A DNA stretch of 63,719 nt, filler included, from a bacterium (GTDB lineage: Bacteria; JAMOTN01): the NCBI GenBank assembly GCA_027062325.1. It is 3 parts of 3 records of this genome, joined end to end, with 100 filler letters (N's around TTAATTAATTAA, not from the genome) between each part and the next. Parts side by side here need not be neighbours in the genome. Positions count along the whole stretch, not along the records: positions 27,306 to 52,536 come from JAMOTN010000017.1; positions 52,637 to 63,719 come from JAMOTN010000020.1; 1 more part is not named here. The stretch is one strand, 5' to 3'. Of this stretch, positions 48,227 through 57,665 are shown piece after piece. Numbering within the stretch: the stretch's first letter is position 1; each line of letters begins with the position of its first letter. Made by a program: the position numbers and the translations under genes. The notes under the pieces were generated by a model. The model had not been told where the DNA came from, ran no database searches, and saw only the letters and a list, made by a program, of their open reading frames with translations.

Positions 48227-49522
48227 TTAACTAGAGGTTTCTTCTACTAACTTTTTAGCAAATTCAATATACTTTGGCAACTTAACCCGCCAACTCACAT
48301 TTTTCTCAATCCAAGTTCGCAACTCACGCTGGACTCGATCCAAATTTTCATGAGCTTCTCTCACAAAATCTACAACTCTATCTGCTCTTAGTCTCCCAAG
48401 ATCCCGAAAGCTCAACACCCATTTACACCCTATAAAATTCTCATCCTCACCAACCATGAAAAATGGCACTCCCCTTGCTGCATACTCAATAGCCTTTAGA
48501 GAAGACATCCTCGGCATAGCATGTGAATAAACCCCTAAGGGAGCAGCAGCAACATGTACTTTTGAAAAAAATTTACAGGCACTAGAGCGTGATATAAAAC
48601 CATTAAGCATTACTCTAACATTTGGCTTATTTCTGCTTCTTCTCACATTTGAAAACTTGAGAACCACTGGCTCTTCTTGCTCGATACTCATTAAAAAAAT
48701 TCCCATCTCTGCTAAACGTTTAAAATACTTTAACCAACTTTCAGCATCCCCAGCAATATTCAACTCCAAATTATAATTTGAGTTTAAAAAAGCCAATATT
48801 AAGTGTTCCAAACCAAACTTTTCACTCGGATAGGCACCAACAAACCCTACATTGACAGTTATATCATTTTCCAATTTTTTCCAACGTGCAATCTCACAAA
48901 TATCCATAGAATCAGGCCTGATTCCATTTGGTATCACAACATAGCGCTTAAAAAACCGCCTTCTATTTTCATCGTTCATTCTATCCAGCTGCATTTTTGC
49001 AATGCTCTCACTAACAGCTATGAAACCATCAATCATCTTCCAGCACCTATCAGCCGAAAACTTCTCCACAAAATAAGCTAACTTACTTCTTCTTTTTAAC
49101 TCTTCAAGTTCATTTCCGTGATGTTCAGTTATAAAAATTCTCTTCCATTTGCTCTTCATCTCACTTATTCTTCTGTAAAAAAATGGAGAAAAGCCAAACC
49201 AACGTGAAACAATCGCCTCATTCTCTGCAAAAGCAACTTCAAGCACTTTCAAAGCTTCAATGTGAAAAAACAACATTTTATTAAATTTTTCTCTTCTTCT
49301 AAAAACTTTAACCCGTTTTAAAGTCAAAACAGAATCAAATCCATGGTGCCTTAAAAACTCATCAAGTCCATCTTCTTCTCTGATCAGAAGATAAAAATTT
49401 ATGGGCAGTCTTTCTTCTTCTGCAGTTATCACCTGATCCCTAAATTTATTCAAAACCCCTATCATAGCTTGCGGACTTCCAATGTAATAAAAGTATCCAA
49501 GTTGCACCACAATCTCCTCCAT
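48227..49522 (-). CDS. Glycosyltransferase (GT4-like)
   Basis: AVS...A, VIPNGI, GFVG, S.LKAIEYAARGVP. Confidence 0.75.
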   Translation of the reverse strand: MEEIVVQLGYFYYIGSPQAMIGVLNKFRDQVITAEEERLPINFYLLIREEDGLDEFLRHHGFDSVLTLKRVKVFRRREKFNKMLFFHIEALKVLEVAFAENEAIVSRWFGFSPFFYRRISEMKSKWKRIFITEHHGNELEELKRRSKLAYFVEKFSADRCWKMIDGFIAVSESIAKMQLDRMNDENRRRFFKRYVVIPNGIRPDSMDICEIARWKKLENDITVNVGFVGAYPSEKFGLEHLILAFLNSNYNLELNIAGDAESWLKYFKRLAEMGIFLMSIEQEEPVVLKFSNVRRSRNKPNVRVMLNGFISRSSACKFFSKVHVAAAPLGVYSHAMPRMSSLKAIEYAARGVPFFMVGEDENFIGCKWVLSFRDLGRLRADRVVDFVREAHENLDRVQRELRTWIEKNVSWRVKLPKYIEFAKKLVEETSS

Positions 49523-49586
49523 AAATCTAACAACCTAGCCTTTCAACTAAACCTCACATAATCAACTAAATACTCAAATCAAATAT

Positions 49587-50702
49587 TCACACCAACTTTT
49601 TCAGCACCTCCAACATTTCACGAGCCGCTTCAACCTGATAATCATTAAACAAACCAACTCTTATAAAGCGTCCCTTGTGTTTTGCCTGCCCAGAAGCAAC
49701 TTTAAATCCATTCTCTGCTAACTGGGCTTTTACTTTTTCTGCCTCCTCTAGCTCTATCAACATAACGTGAGGAGCCGAGTCCTCAGAAGGCAATATATTG
49801 AAGTGCTCTGAATACAACTCCTTCACCTGATGCGCCGCTCTTAATTTATTCTCTTCACCAACGCGCAGCACTTCATCAAACGCTTTGTTAAAAGTATAAA
49901 GCACGTGATACGAGAAGGTGTAAATCGTACTTTCCGTATCAAAGTGTCTTTTCAAGTCAAAGTACGAAACTGGCAAATCAAGAGCAACCTCATAAACCTC
50001 ATGGGCTAGCTCTTCAATGGGTTCGAATAAAAACTTGTAAGCCTTATTACCTGCTAATACAAATGCAACTCCAGGAAGCGAAGCAAACGCCTTTTGAGAA
50101 GCACCAATCCATACCTCGTTGTCTCTAACACATCTAGGAACTATTCCAAGTGAGCTTATTCCATCTATAACCAATATCTTGCTTGAAAACATATCACGGA
50201 ACCGATCCAAATCCATCATTTTACCAGTAGAAGTCTCAACATCCACAGCATATATCAACTCACAATCCTCAAATGCCCTTCCTAAAGCCTCATAATCTGG
50301 AGAATCATCCAATTTTTCATCTACTATTACAACCTCAACAGGCAAGTGAAACAGACGCGCTTTCCCACGTATAAAATTAGCAAACCTCTGTCCAAATATC
50401 CCACGCACCCAAACACCAATCATAAAACGCCTTTCCTCATTAAATCGTCCATAACGCCTTGCCCTTACTCCAGCAAGCTGCAAACCAGCATCAACTACAG
50501 CCTGAATTGCACCAGTACCAGATGACATAAAAAGTGCAACGTGCGGAGAATTACAATCATCAGAAGCATAATGTGAAGACAACTTCCCTTTAACCTCTGA
50601 GTAAAGGCGCGAAAACTCCTCCTGACGATGATGCACAAAGTCAACAGGCAACTCATAAACATCTGAATAGACAGGACCTGGTTGCAAGTAGTGAGTTTTC
50701 AT
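49587..50702 (-). CDS. Class V PLP aminotransferase
   Basis: PGP, SGTGA, G.FG.RF, ETSTG, DGISSLG, SQKA...PG, IRVG. Confidence 0.85.
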   Translation of the reverse strand: MKTHYLQPGPVYSDVYELPVDFVHHRQEEFSRLYSEVKGKLSSHYASDDCNSPHVALFMSSGTGAIQAVVDAGLQLAGVRARRYGRFNEERRFMIGVWVRGIFGQRFANFIRGKARLFHLPVEVVIVDEKLDDSPDYEALGRAFEDCELIYAVDVETSTGKMMDLDRFRDMFSSKILVIDGISSLGIVPRCVRDNEVWIGASQKAFASLPGVAFVLAGNKAYKFLFEPIEELAHEVYEVALDLPVSYFDLKRHFDTESTIYTFSYHVLYTFNKAFDEVLRVGEENKLRAAHQVKELYSEHFNILPSEDSAPHVMLIELEEAEKVKAQLAENGFKVASGQAKHKGRFIRVGLFNDYQVEAAREMLEVLKKLV

Positions 50703-51022
50703 AGTTTTCCCCCCTTTAAATCGCTTTCATTTTATGCCGTTGAGAATACAGATTAAACCACTCGACTAGACCACTTTTTTATTATTTTCGAACAAATAGG
50801 GAGTAGAATTGAATTAAAAACAGAAAAATTGCTACTAAGCCAAACAATTAATCGCAACAAAACAATTAGCAATTATGCTAACACCTCAAAATTTAAATAG
50901 CCAGAGCAAAAAGTGCCAACAATCAAAAACGCATAAAAAGCAACAGCAAAACTGGAAATCAGGAATGTTCAACTATCAAAGTTAAATAGCAAAGCAAAAA
51001 TACAGCAAAGCTTACTAACAAA

Positions 51023-51691
51023 TTAGAACAACAACGCCTTTAAACCTTCTATGACCATCTGAACACCTATAACTGCAAGTATCAATCCCATCAAACGCGT
51101 TACAACTCTAATCAACTTTTCCCCTACAAATGCAACAACCCGCTCGGCCAATACAAACATTATCCATGTAATCAAGCAAATCAGTAAGAAAGCCGCAAGA
51201 ACAGCTGCAACACGCTCAACGCTGTGCTCTCTTCCTATCAATGTCAAAGCTGTGGTGATGGTCCCTGGCCCTGCCAAAATTGGAGTTGCAAGGGGAGTTA
51301 TCGCTATATCTGTATCATCTTCAGGTTCCTTCTCAGGATCGTGCAGATACTCGGGATGATGCTGCGAAGAATGGCGTCCATGAAGCAGATGCCACGCTAT
51401 AAAAAAAACTATCATTCCACCCGCTACCCTAAAAGAATCAATGTTTATAGAAAACATTCTAAATATTAACTGTCCTGTAAACGCAAAAACCAACACTATA
51501 AAAAAGGCTGTTAGTACTGAAGTTGTAGCTATTCTATACCGCTGGACAGAAGTATGGCCATCTGTCACACTCAAAAATATGGGTAAGTTTCCAATTGGAT
51601 TCATGATCGCAAAAAACGCAATCAAAGCATGCATAAAAGTACCATAAAATTCTGTCAGAGTCGTTGGAAGATGGCTTGAGAACATATTCAC
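51023..51691 (-). CDS. marC: MarC-family membrane protein
   Basis: NPIGNLPIF, FRVAGG, PLATPILAGPG, RLMGLILAVIGVQM. Confidence 0.93.
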   Translation of the reverse strand: MNMFSSHLPTTLTEFYGTFMHALIAFFAIMNPIGNLPIFLSVTDGHTSVQRYRIATTSVLTAFFIVLVFAFTGQLIFRMFSINIDSFRVAGGMIVFFIAWHLLHGRHSSQHHPEYLHDPEKEPEDDTDIAITPLATPILAGPGTITTALTLIGREHSVERVAAVLAAFLLICLITWIMFVLAERVVAFVGEKLIRVVTRLMGLILAVIGVQMVIEGLKALLF

Positions 51692-52536
51692 TCCCCCTTT
51701 TTTTCGAGCAACTCATTCCACACTAATTCAATTATGCTGTGCTGCGGCTCATATTTTTTTGTATCAACGTTGAAAAATAAAACATTTTCTTCTACAAACA
51801 CCATTCCTTCTTCGTAGTCATAAGATTCCATCGGCTTTAGTGAAAGTTTTGCCTTCTTTGCTACTCTTTCTATTCTCCACTTCTCATCCTCTATCATTAG
51901 CCGGATTATTCTCCTAAATGCCCTCTTATCCCCTCCTTCTATAGCAGTGCGAAGCAAAACTTCATCTATTAACGCAGGATTCCCTCCCGTGTAGCGATAA
52001 ACCTCACGGGCAGATAGGGGGAGATTATCTCTTTGAAGATAATACTTAATAAGCTGCATCGCCTCTTCTTTCGCAAGTTCATCCAAAATTTTGTAAATCA
52101 TTCGCTTTTGCATTCCGCTGTCCTCGTATAACTCCGCATAAAACGTGCTGTCTGAGGTAAGGACAATGACGTGCGCTAAATGTTGGTGCTTCGTGAGTGA
52201 GATGAAAAACTCCATCAAGCGATCAATGAGTTTCTTCTCGCCGTTCACATACAGCTCTTTCAACACCTGCAGCTCATCAACCACTAAAACAGGATTCTTC
52301 ACCTTCTTCAAATTCACCGTTATTTCATCAAACAGCGCATTTAAAAAGTTCGCTATCTCTACCGCATTTACCTTCTCTTCAAGCTTTATCTCAAATGGAC
52401 CAATCTTCATCGCCACCTCTTCGTAAAGTTTTTCGGGATAAAACATCTTATACAACACAAGCGCCAAATCCTGTGCATGAAGAATGTGATAAAATCTCAA
52501 ATCAACGTAGTAAAACGTGTGCGTCTTAGCTAGGCG
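51688..52536 (-). CDS. Archaeal-type ATP-binding protein, 5'-partial
   Basis: Frame open to the contig edge. YYVDLR, Walker B VLVVDELQ, FFISLTK..HLAHV..LTSDS, GGNP. Walker A lies beyond the break. Confidence 0.8.
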   Translation of the reverse strand, partial: RLAKTHTFYYVDLRFYHILHAQDLALVLYKMFYPEKLYEEVAMKIGPFEIKLEEKVNAVEIANFLNALFDEITVNLKKVKNPVLVVDELQVLKELYVNGEKKLIDRLMEFFISLTKHQHLAHVIVLTSDSTFYAELYEDSGMQKRMIYKILDELAKEEAMQLIKYYLQRDNLPLSAREVYRYTGGNPALIDEVLLRTAIEGGDKRAFRRIIRLMIEDEKWRIERVAKKAKLSLKPMESYDYEEGMVFVEENVLFFNVDTKKYEPQHSIIELVWNELLEKKGE

Positions 52537-52636
52537 NNNNNNNNNNNNNNNNNNNNNNNNNNNNNNNNNNNNNNNNNNNNTTAATTAATTAANNNNNNNN
52601 NNNNNNNNNNNNNNNNNNNNNNNNNNNNNNNNNNNN
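52537..52636. other. Artificial contig spacer
   Basis: N44-TTAATTAATTAA-N44. Confidence 0.97.
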
Positions 52637-54701
52637 CATCTTTGAGTCTTACAACTGTGTTTATGCTTCTATCAGTAGTGACAAAGTGTCCTCCTACTTC
52701 AACGTTTGTAAGATCTGCGTCTGATATTTCGAAGTTTATTTGAAGAGTAACTTCGTTGTTGTTATGAATAACAGGAGTAATCTCCATGTTTATACCTATA
52801 TTTGCACTTTGCCATTCAACTTGTGTGGCATATCCAACTACCCTACCGCCTTCGTATATGGGTTGCAAATTTTCAGTTTTGATTGGAACGGTTTTTCCAA
52901 TGTGTATAGTTGCAGTTTGTTTGTTTAATGTTCTCAAAATTGGACTTGCTATGGTTTGAACGTAATTTTTTGTTTCCAGAAGGTCAACTGTTGCATCGAG
53001 TTTGGTGAGTGGTATTTTCCCAAAGGTTTTGATGTCAATTGGAAAGATACCACCTGTATTCAGAGTTGGAGCACTACCACTTCCACCAAGGCTTAAATTT
53101 TTTAGAGATACTCCAAGAGTGTAGCGCCCTTCTTTGGATACTTCGAGAACTTTCATGGCTATTACAACTTGGCCCACTTTTACATCAAGTTGTTGAACAA
53201 GTTTGTCAAGAATTTTAAGTTTGTCTTCTGTTCCATAAGCTACAAGGCTCTTAGTGCGTTCATCATATATTAGTTTCAACTCTTTATCCGATATTTGCAT
53301 TTCCTGTATAAGGGAGTTGAGAAGCTTGACTGTATCTTGATTTGAGCCTAGACTTCCTACTTCTTCTCCACCTTTTAGACGATAAATACGTACACTGCGC
53401 TTTAAATATTTGTCTTTTGCGTCTCCTTTTTTTACAATAATGTACGTATTATCATTATACTTAATCTTCTCAAGCTCAAATGATTTAAGGGTTATGTCAA
53501 ATATTTCTTCCATGGAGAGTTTATCTTCAATAAACAGAGTAATTGTTTTATCCGAGAGTTGATATACGCTTCTATCGATTATTAAATTTATGCCGAGCAT
53601 TTTTGCCAGAGCTTCTAAAGCTCCTATGAGAGGAGTTTCTCTCATTTCAAATTTTGCAACGAACTTTTCGAGTTTATCGGTTGGAATAAAAATGTGTATT
53701 CTGTTTCCATCTATTTCGTAAGCAAGTCCATTGTCTATTACTGTACGTTTCATGGCTTCTTCGAATGTTAAATCGGTAAATGAGACAGTTATGGGAATAT
53801 TGGCTTCTTTGTCGACTTCTATTTTATATGGATAGTCTGCTAGCATATTCAAAAGTGCATCTTCAATTTTGGTGTTTTTTACTTTGAGAGAGCATAACGG
53901 TTTTTTGCTTTTCTTGACTGCTAAGAACAAAAGCTTTTTAGCAAGGGGAGTCTCTTTGATCTTTAGCACTTCTTCAAATTCAGCGGCTGCTTCGTCATAT
54001 TTGCCAAGTTTCAAGTATGCTTTACCAAGAAGTGTTTTTAGTTCTGGTGATGACTTGAAGGTTTCCTCTGCTGGAACTAAGAGCTCTACAACCTCTGCAA
54101 ACTTTCCTTCATCATACAGTTGTTTTGCTTTTTCAAGAATCTCTTTTAGTTTTTCGTCTTGTAACTTTTTGATGGAATTTGTAGTTGTAACAGATGTTTC
54201 ACTACTAGCTTTTTGAGCGTTAGAAGTGGAAATTTGAATTCCAGCAAGTTGGGCAGATGCTTCTGGTGAGGAGAGACGGATTCTTATACCAAAACTTGTT
54301 GGTTCAACTTTGACTTTGACGTCTTTCTTTTGAAAATTGACAATAACCCTGGTCACTGGTTGATCTTTCAATTGAATGACTCTGATCAACTTTATCAAAC
54401 CTTTTAAAATGAGTTTAACTTTAGAGGTGTCTGGATATATGCAACCTGTGAGATCAAGGATTAAGAGTCCCTTAGCTCTAATCATGTGCCAGCCAACAGG
54501 TTTAGTGGTTTTGATGTTTATTATATCTCCGTACTCATAGTGAGTCACTTCTGTAGCAACAAGTTTGGCACTTTCTTGAAGTTCTTTATTGGTTACTGCA
54601 GTTGATTCATTTTGAGCTGCTATTGGAAGTGTGTTGATAGCACAGAGCAGTATTAAAACAGTATTTAACACCTTTCTCAAGCTTTTTACTAGCTTCATCA
54701 T
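52637..54701 (-). CDS. Secretin (PilQ/GspD family) with AMIN-like and TPR domains, 3'-partial
   Basis: Signal peptide; D.RT.SL, LD....QV.I, ASP.L.TLN.Q.A.I.IG, G..M.ITP.I, T.VRLKD; truncated by the spacer. Confidence 0.9.
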
Positions 54702-54762
54702 TTCCCCTCCTTACTAACCATCAGCATACTCCTATAAAAATCTTTCGGAAGAGTTTGAAAAA

Positions 54763-55362
54763 ATGTTAAAATTAGAAAAAAAAGGTGGTGGGCCTGTGGT
54801 AAGTGTTGGCCTGCTCGGTGGCACGTTGGATTACTCAAATTATGTGGTAAACAAAGTGGCAACTTCAAATTTTGAGAATAGTGAAATTTCTAATAAAAGT
54901 TCATCTAAAGATCCTTCTGTTTCCAATAAAAATGTTTCTGAGGATAAGACGTTAGATAAATATTTGAAAAAAGTTGAGAAAAAAATGGAGCGTTGCCGTC
55001 AAAAGAGAATTACTTACCAGGACGGTTCGAATGATCCGGCAGTCACATTTAAGCTTCCACAAGCAGTTTCTATTGGAGCTTCTGAGTATGCGGTAAGAGC
55101 ACATGAGTTGCAACATGTGGTTCACGAGACTGCACGTGCTATTCAAGAGGGCAAGAATGTTTCTACAATGGTTAGAATAATATATCGTTATGATCCAGAA
55201 TGCGGTAGGTATTATCCAGTTGGTGGAAGAACGTATGTTTTGACGTGGGGTGAAAAGGAAAACAAGAGACAGAAACAGGGAGATTCTGAGCAATCTTTAA
55301 ACCAATCAGATCAGGTGTCGGTTGAGTATCCAGCAGGTATCCTGCTTGATGCGGCTTTTTAG
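54763..55362 (+). CDS. Conserved hypothetical HExxH protein (SprA-related-like)
   Basis: YQDGSND, VRAHELQHV, PECGR.Y..GG.T. Start may be GTG 54796. Confidence 0.6.
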   Translation: MLKLEKKGGGPVVSVGLLGGTLDYSNYVVNKVATSNFENSEISNKSSSKDPSVSNKNVSEDKTLDKYLKKVEKKMERCRQKRITYQDGSNDPAVTFKLPQAVSIGASEYAVRAHELQHVVHETARAIQEGKNVSTMVRIIYRYDPECGRYYPVGGRTYVLTWGEKENKRQKQGDSEQSLNQSDQVSVEYPAGILLDAAF

Positions 55363-55381
55363 CTCCAAGGGGGGAGAGTTT

Positions 55382-56815
55382 GTGCGTGTAAAATTAGGGG
55401 TTCTCTTGGTTGTATTTGTTTTGTTAACAGTGTTGTTTAATCATTTGCATCTTTATGCAGCAGGTGCGGGTTACGAGTTTGTAATATGGGGATCACCGTC
55501 GTGTCCTGCTTGTCAGTTTGCCAAAAAGACGCTTTCGATAACTTTTCCTGAATATCCTCTAGTATTTATAGATGTAGATAAGACACGAGAAGTGTGGTCT
55601 GACTTTGTATATAAGATGTTTAAAACAGTGACAGCTCACATTCCAGTGATAATTGTGTTAAAAGATGGTCAGATCAAGTATGTAAGAGAAGGAGGAGGTT
55701 CACCCCTTGCAATAAAGAAAGAGGCAGATAGTGTGGAAGATGGAAAGGTTGCTGTTAAGCCTTATTCTGGGGAAAAGTACTATACCGAGCCTGATAATCC
55801 TTCGCTTCAGAAATTGATGAGGTTAATTAGGGAGAGGGAAAACTATGTCAAAGAAGTTGTGAATTTAACTAAGGAAGTTGCGAAAAGAGCTGCTGAATCA
55901 GATAAAGAAAAAAATGAGTTGAAAGAGTTTGAAGATAGCGGATATGCTGTGAATTCTAAGGGTGAAATAATAGATTTGGCTTCAGTATTGGAAAAGGAAA
56001 AGATACGAAGGAAAACTTTTAAAAGTGCTTTGGATTCCAAACAGTCCAAAGGAAAGGTGAGTGCTGGTACTTCGTCTAGCACTTCAAGTGTTTCTGAAAC
56101 TTTCCCTAAAACTTTAAACTCTCCTAATAAGCATAATAAGCAGAGACCATCCTTTGAAGATATATTCAAGATAGCGCTCGCGTGTGCAATTGATGCAATT
56201 AATCCGTGTTCATTTACGGTACTTGTTATATTTTTGACATTTGTGACTTATAACCTCTCTGGAAATCCACTTCTTCCAGGTTTTGCCTTCAGTTTAGCTG
56301 CATTTTTGATATATTACCTGTTCGGACTGGGGCTTATAAAAGTAATGGAGACAGCGTCGTACATAAAGCCAATTCTTGCAGTTCTTGCTCTGTTTTTCGG
56401 GGTAAAAGAATTTATAACGGAGGAGACACCAATTACAGAGGAGAGCAAGAAGCATATAAGCAGTTTGATAACTAAGACAAGTAGTGTTATTTCTGCGTTT
56501 TTTGTGGGGATTGCGGTTGGTGTTTTGCTTTTACCATGCACAAGTGGGCCGTACTTTGTTGCTTTAAGTTATATGAGTAAATACACACCTTTTTGGAAGC
56601 ACATTCTATTGTTTGCTTACAATGTATTTTTTGTGATGCCTTTTGTACTTATAACGATTGCTGTTTGGCTTGGAACTCGTACTATATGGTTCAAAAAGTT
56701 CCGGGAAAAGAACTGGCGTTACTTGGTTAAATTCACGGCTATGCTGTTAATCTTGATTGCTCTTTGGTTGCTTGGAGAGGAGATTTCCAATTATTTATTG
56801 AATAGGGATTTTTAA
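55382..56815 (+). CDS. Thioredoxin-like CxxC domain fused to a CcdA/DsbD-type membrane domain
   Basis: Signal/TM, SCPAC, then DAINPC and LPCTSGPY within about 6 TM. Start placed at GTG 55382 after a G-rich RBS. Confidence 0.85.
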   Translation: MRVKLGVLLVVFVLLTVLFNHLHLYAAGAGYEFVIWGSPSCPACQFAKKTLSITFPEYPLVFIDVDKTREVWSDFVYKMFKTVTAHIPVIIVLKDGQIKYVREGGGSPLAIKKEADSVEDGKVAVKPYSGEKYYTEPDNPSLQKLMRLIRERENYVKEVVNLTKEVAKRAAESDKEKNELKEFEDSGYAVNSKGEIIDLASVLEKEKIRRKTFKSALDSKQSKGKVSAGTSSSTSSVSETFPKTLNSPNKHNKQRPSFEDIFKIALACAIDAINPCSFTVLVIFLTFVTYNLSGNPLLPGFAFSLAAFLIYYLFGLGLIKVMETASYIKPILAVLALFFGVKEFITEETPITEESKKHISSLITKTSSVISAFFVGIAVGVLLLPCTSGPYFVALSYMSKYTPFWKHILLFAYNVFFVMPFVLITIAVWLGTRTIWFKKFREKNWRYLVKFTAMLLILIALWLLGEEISNYLLNRDF

Positions 56816-56822
56816 ACTGTTA

Positions 56823-57617
56823 TTGCTGTATCGAGGGGGGATTTTGATTATGAATGTTTCTCAAGTGGATGGGGTTCAGGTATTTCGTAAGTTTTACGTA
56901 GAAAATAAAAAGTTTTTCGAAAAAATGCCGCTTTCCCAAAGTAGATGTATAGTGATAGTGGGACCGGCTGGATCTGGAAAGACTGAGGTTGCGGTAAATT
57001 TGGCATTTTATTTTGTTCAGGAGAGAGAAAAAGTAGCAATAGTGGATTTGGATTTTGTGAATCCTTACTTTAGATCTAGGGAAGCCAAGAGTTTGATGGA
57101 GGCAAATGGAATAAAAGTGGTTGTAAGTCCTTATAAGGAGATACAAGCAAGCGAGTTGCCAAGTTTTCAACCTGAAGCGAGTGGTCTTTTAGACAATGAA
57201 AACTACACCATAATTTATGATGTTGGTGGTGGCAAGGCAGGAGCTGCAGCACTTGCTAGAATGCGTGAAAAACTTGAAAAAGCTTCTTGTAAGATGGTGG
57301 CTGTTTATAATCCTTTTAGGCCGTTTGTTGCAGATAACAAGGGATTTTGGGAAGAGATAAAAGATATAGAGGAAACTTGTGGTTTGAATGTGTCTTCTTT
57401 TGTTTTAAATCCAAATGCATCTTATTCTACTGAGAAAAGTGTTGTTTTAGAGGGGATTGATAGATCTAAAAAAGTTTTAAAAGAAAAGATTAAGAATGTG
57501 GAATTTTTATCTGTATGGGAAGGTGTTGGAAAAGACGCTGATTTTTCAGAATTTGAGGAATTAGGGTTTTACGTTCTACCTATAAAAAGGTATCAGCTTT
57601 TACCTTGGGAGAAGTAG
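56823..57617 (+). CDS. MinD/CobQ-like P-loop ATP-binding protein
   Basis: GPAGSGKTEVAVNLA, DLDFVNPYFRSRE, DVGG..GA..L, NPFRP. Confidence 0.85.
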   Translation: MLYRGGILIMNVSQVDGVQVFRKFYVENKKFFEKMPLSQSRCIVIVGPAGSGKTEVAVNLAFYFVQEREKVAIVDLDFVNPYFRSREAKSLMEANGIKVVVSPYKEIQASELPSFQPEASGLLDNENYTIIYDVGGGKAGAAALARMREKLEKASCKMVAVYNPFRPFVADNKGFWEEIKDIEETCGLNVSSFVLNPNASYSTEKSVVLEGIDRSKKVLKEKIKNVEFLSVWEGVGKDADFSEFEELGFYVLPIKRYQLLPWEK

Positions 57618-57665
57618 GTGAAAGTAAGAAATTGATATTGCACAATTAGTAAGGAGGTATAACGG

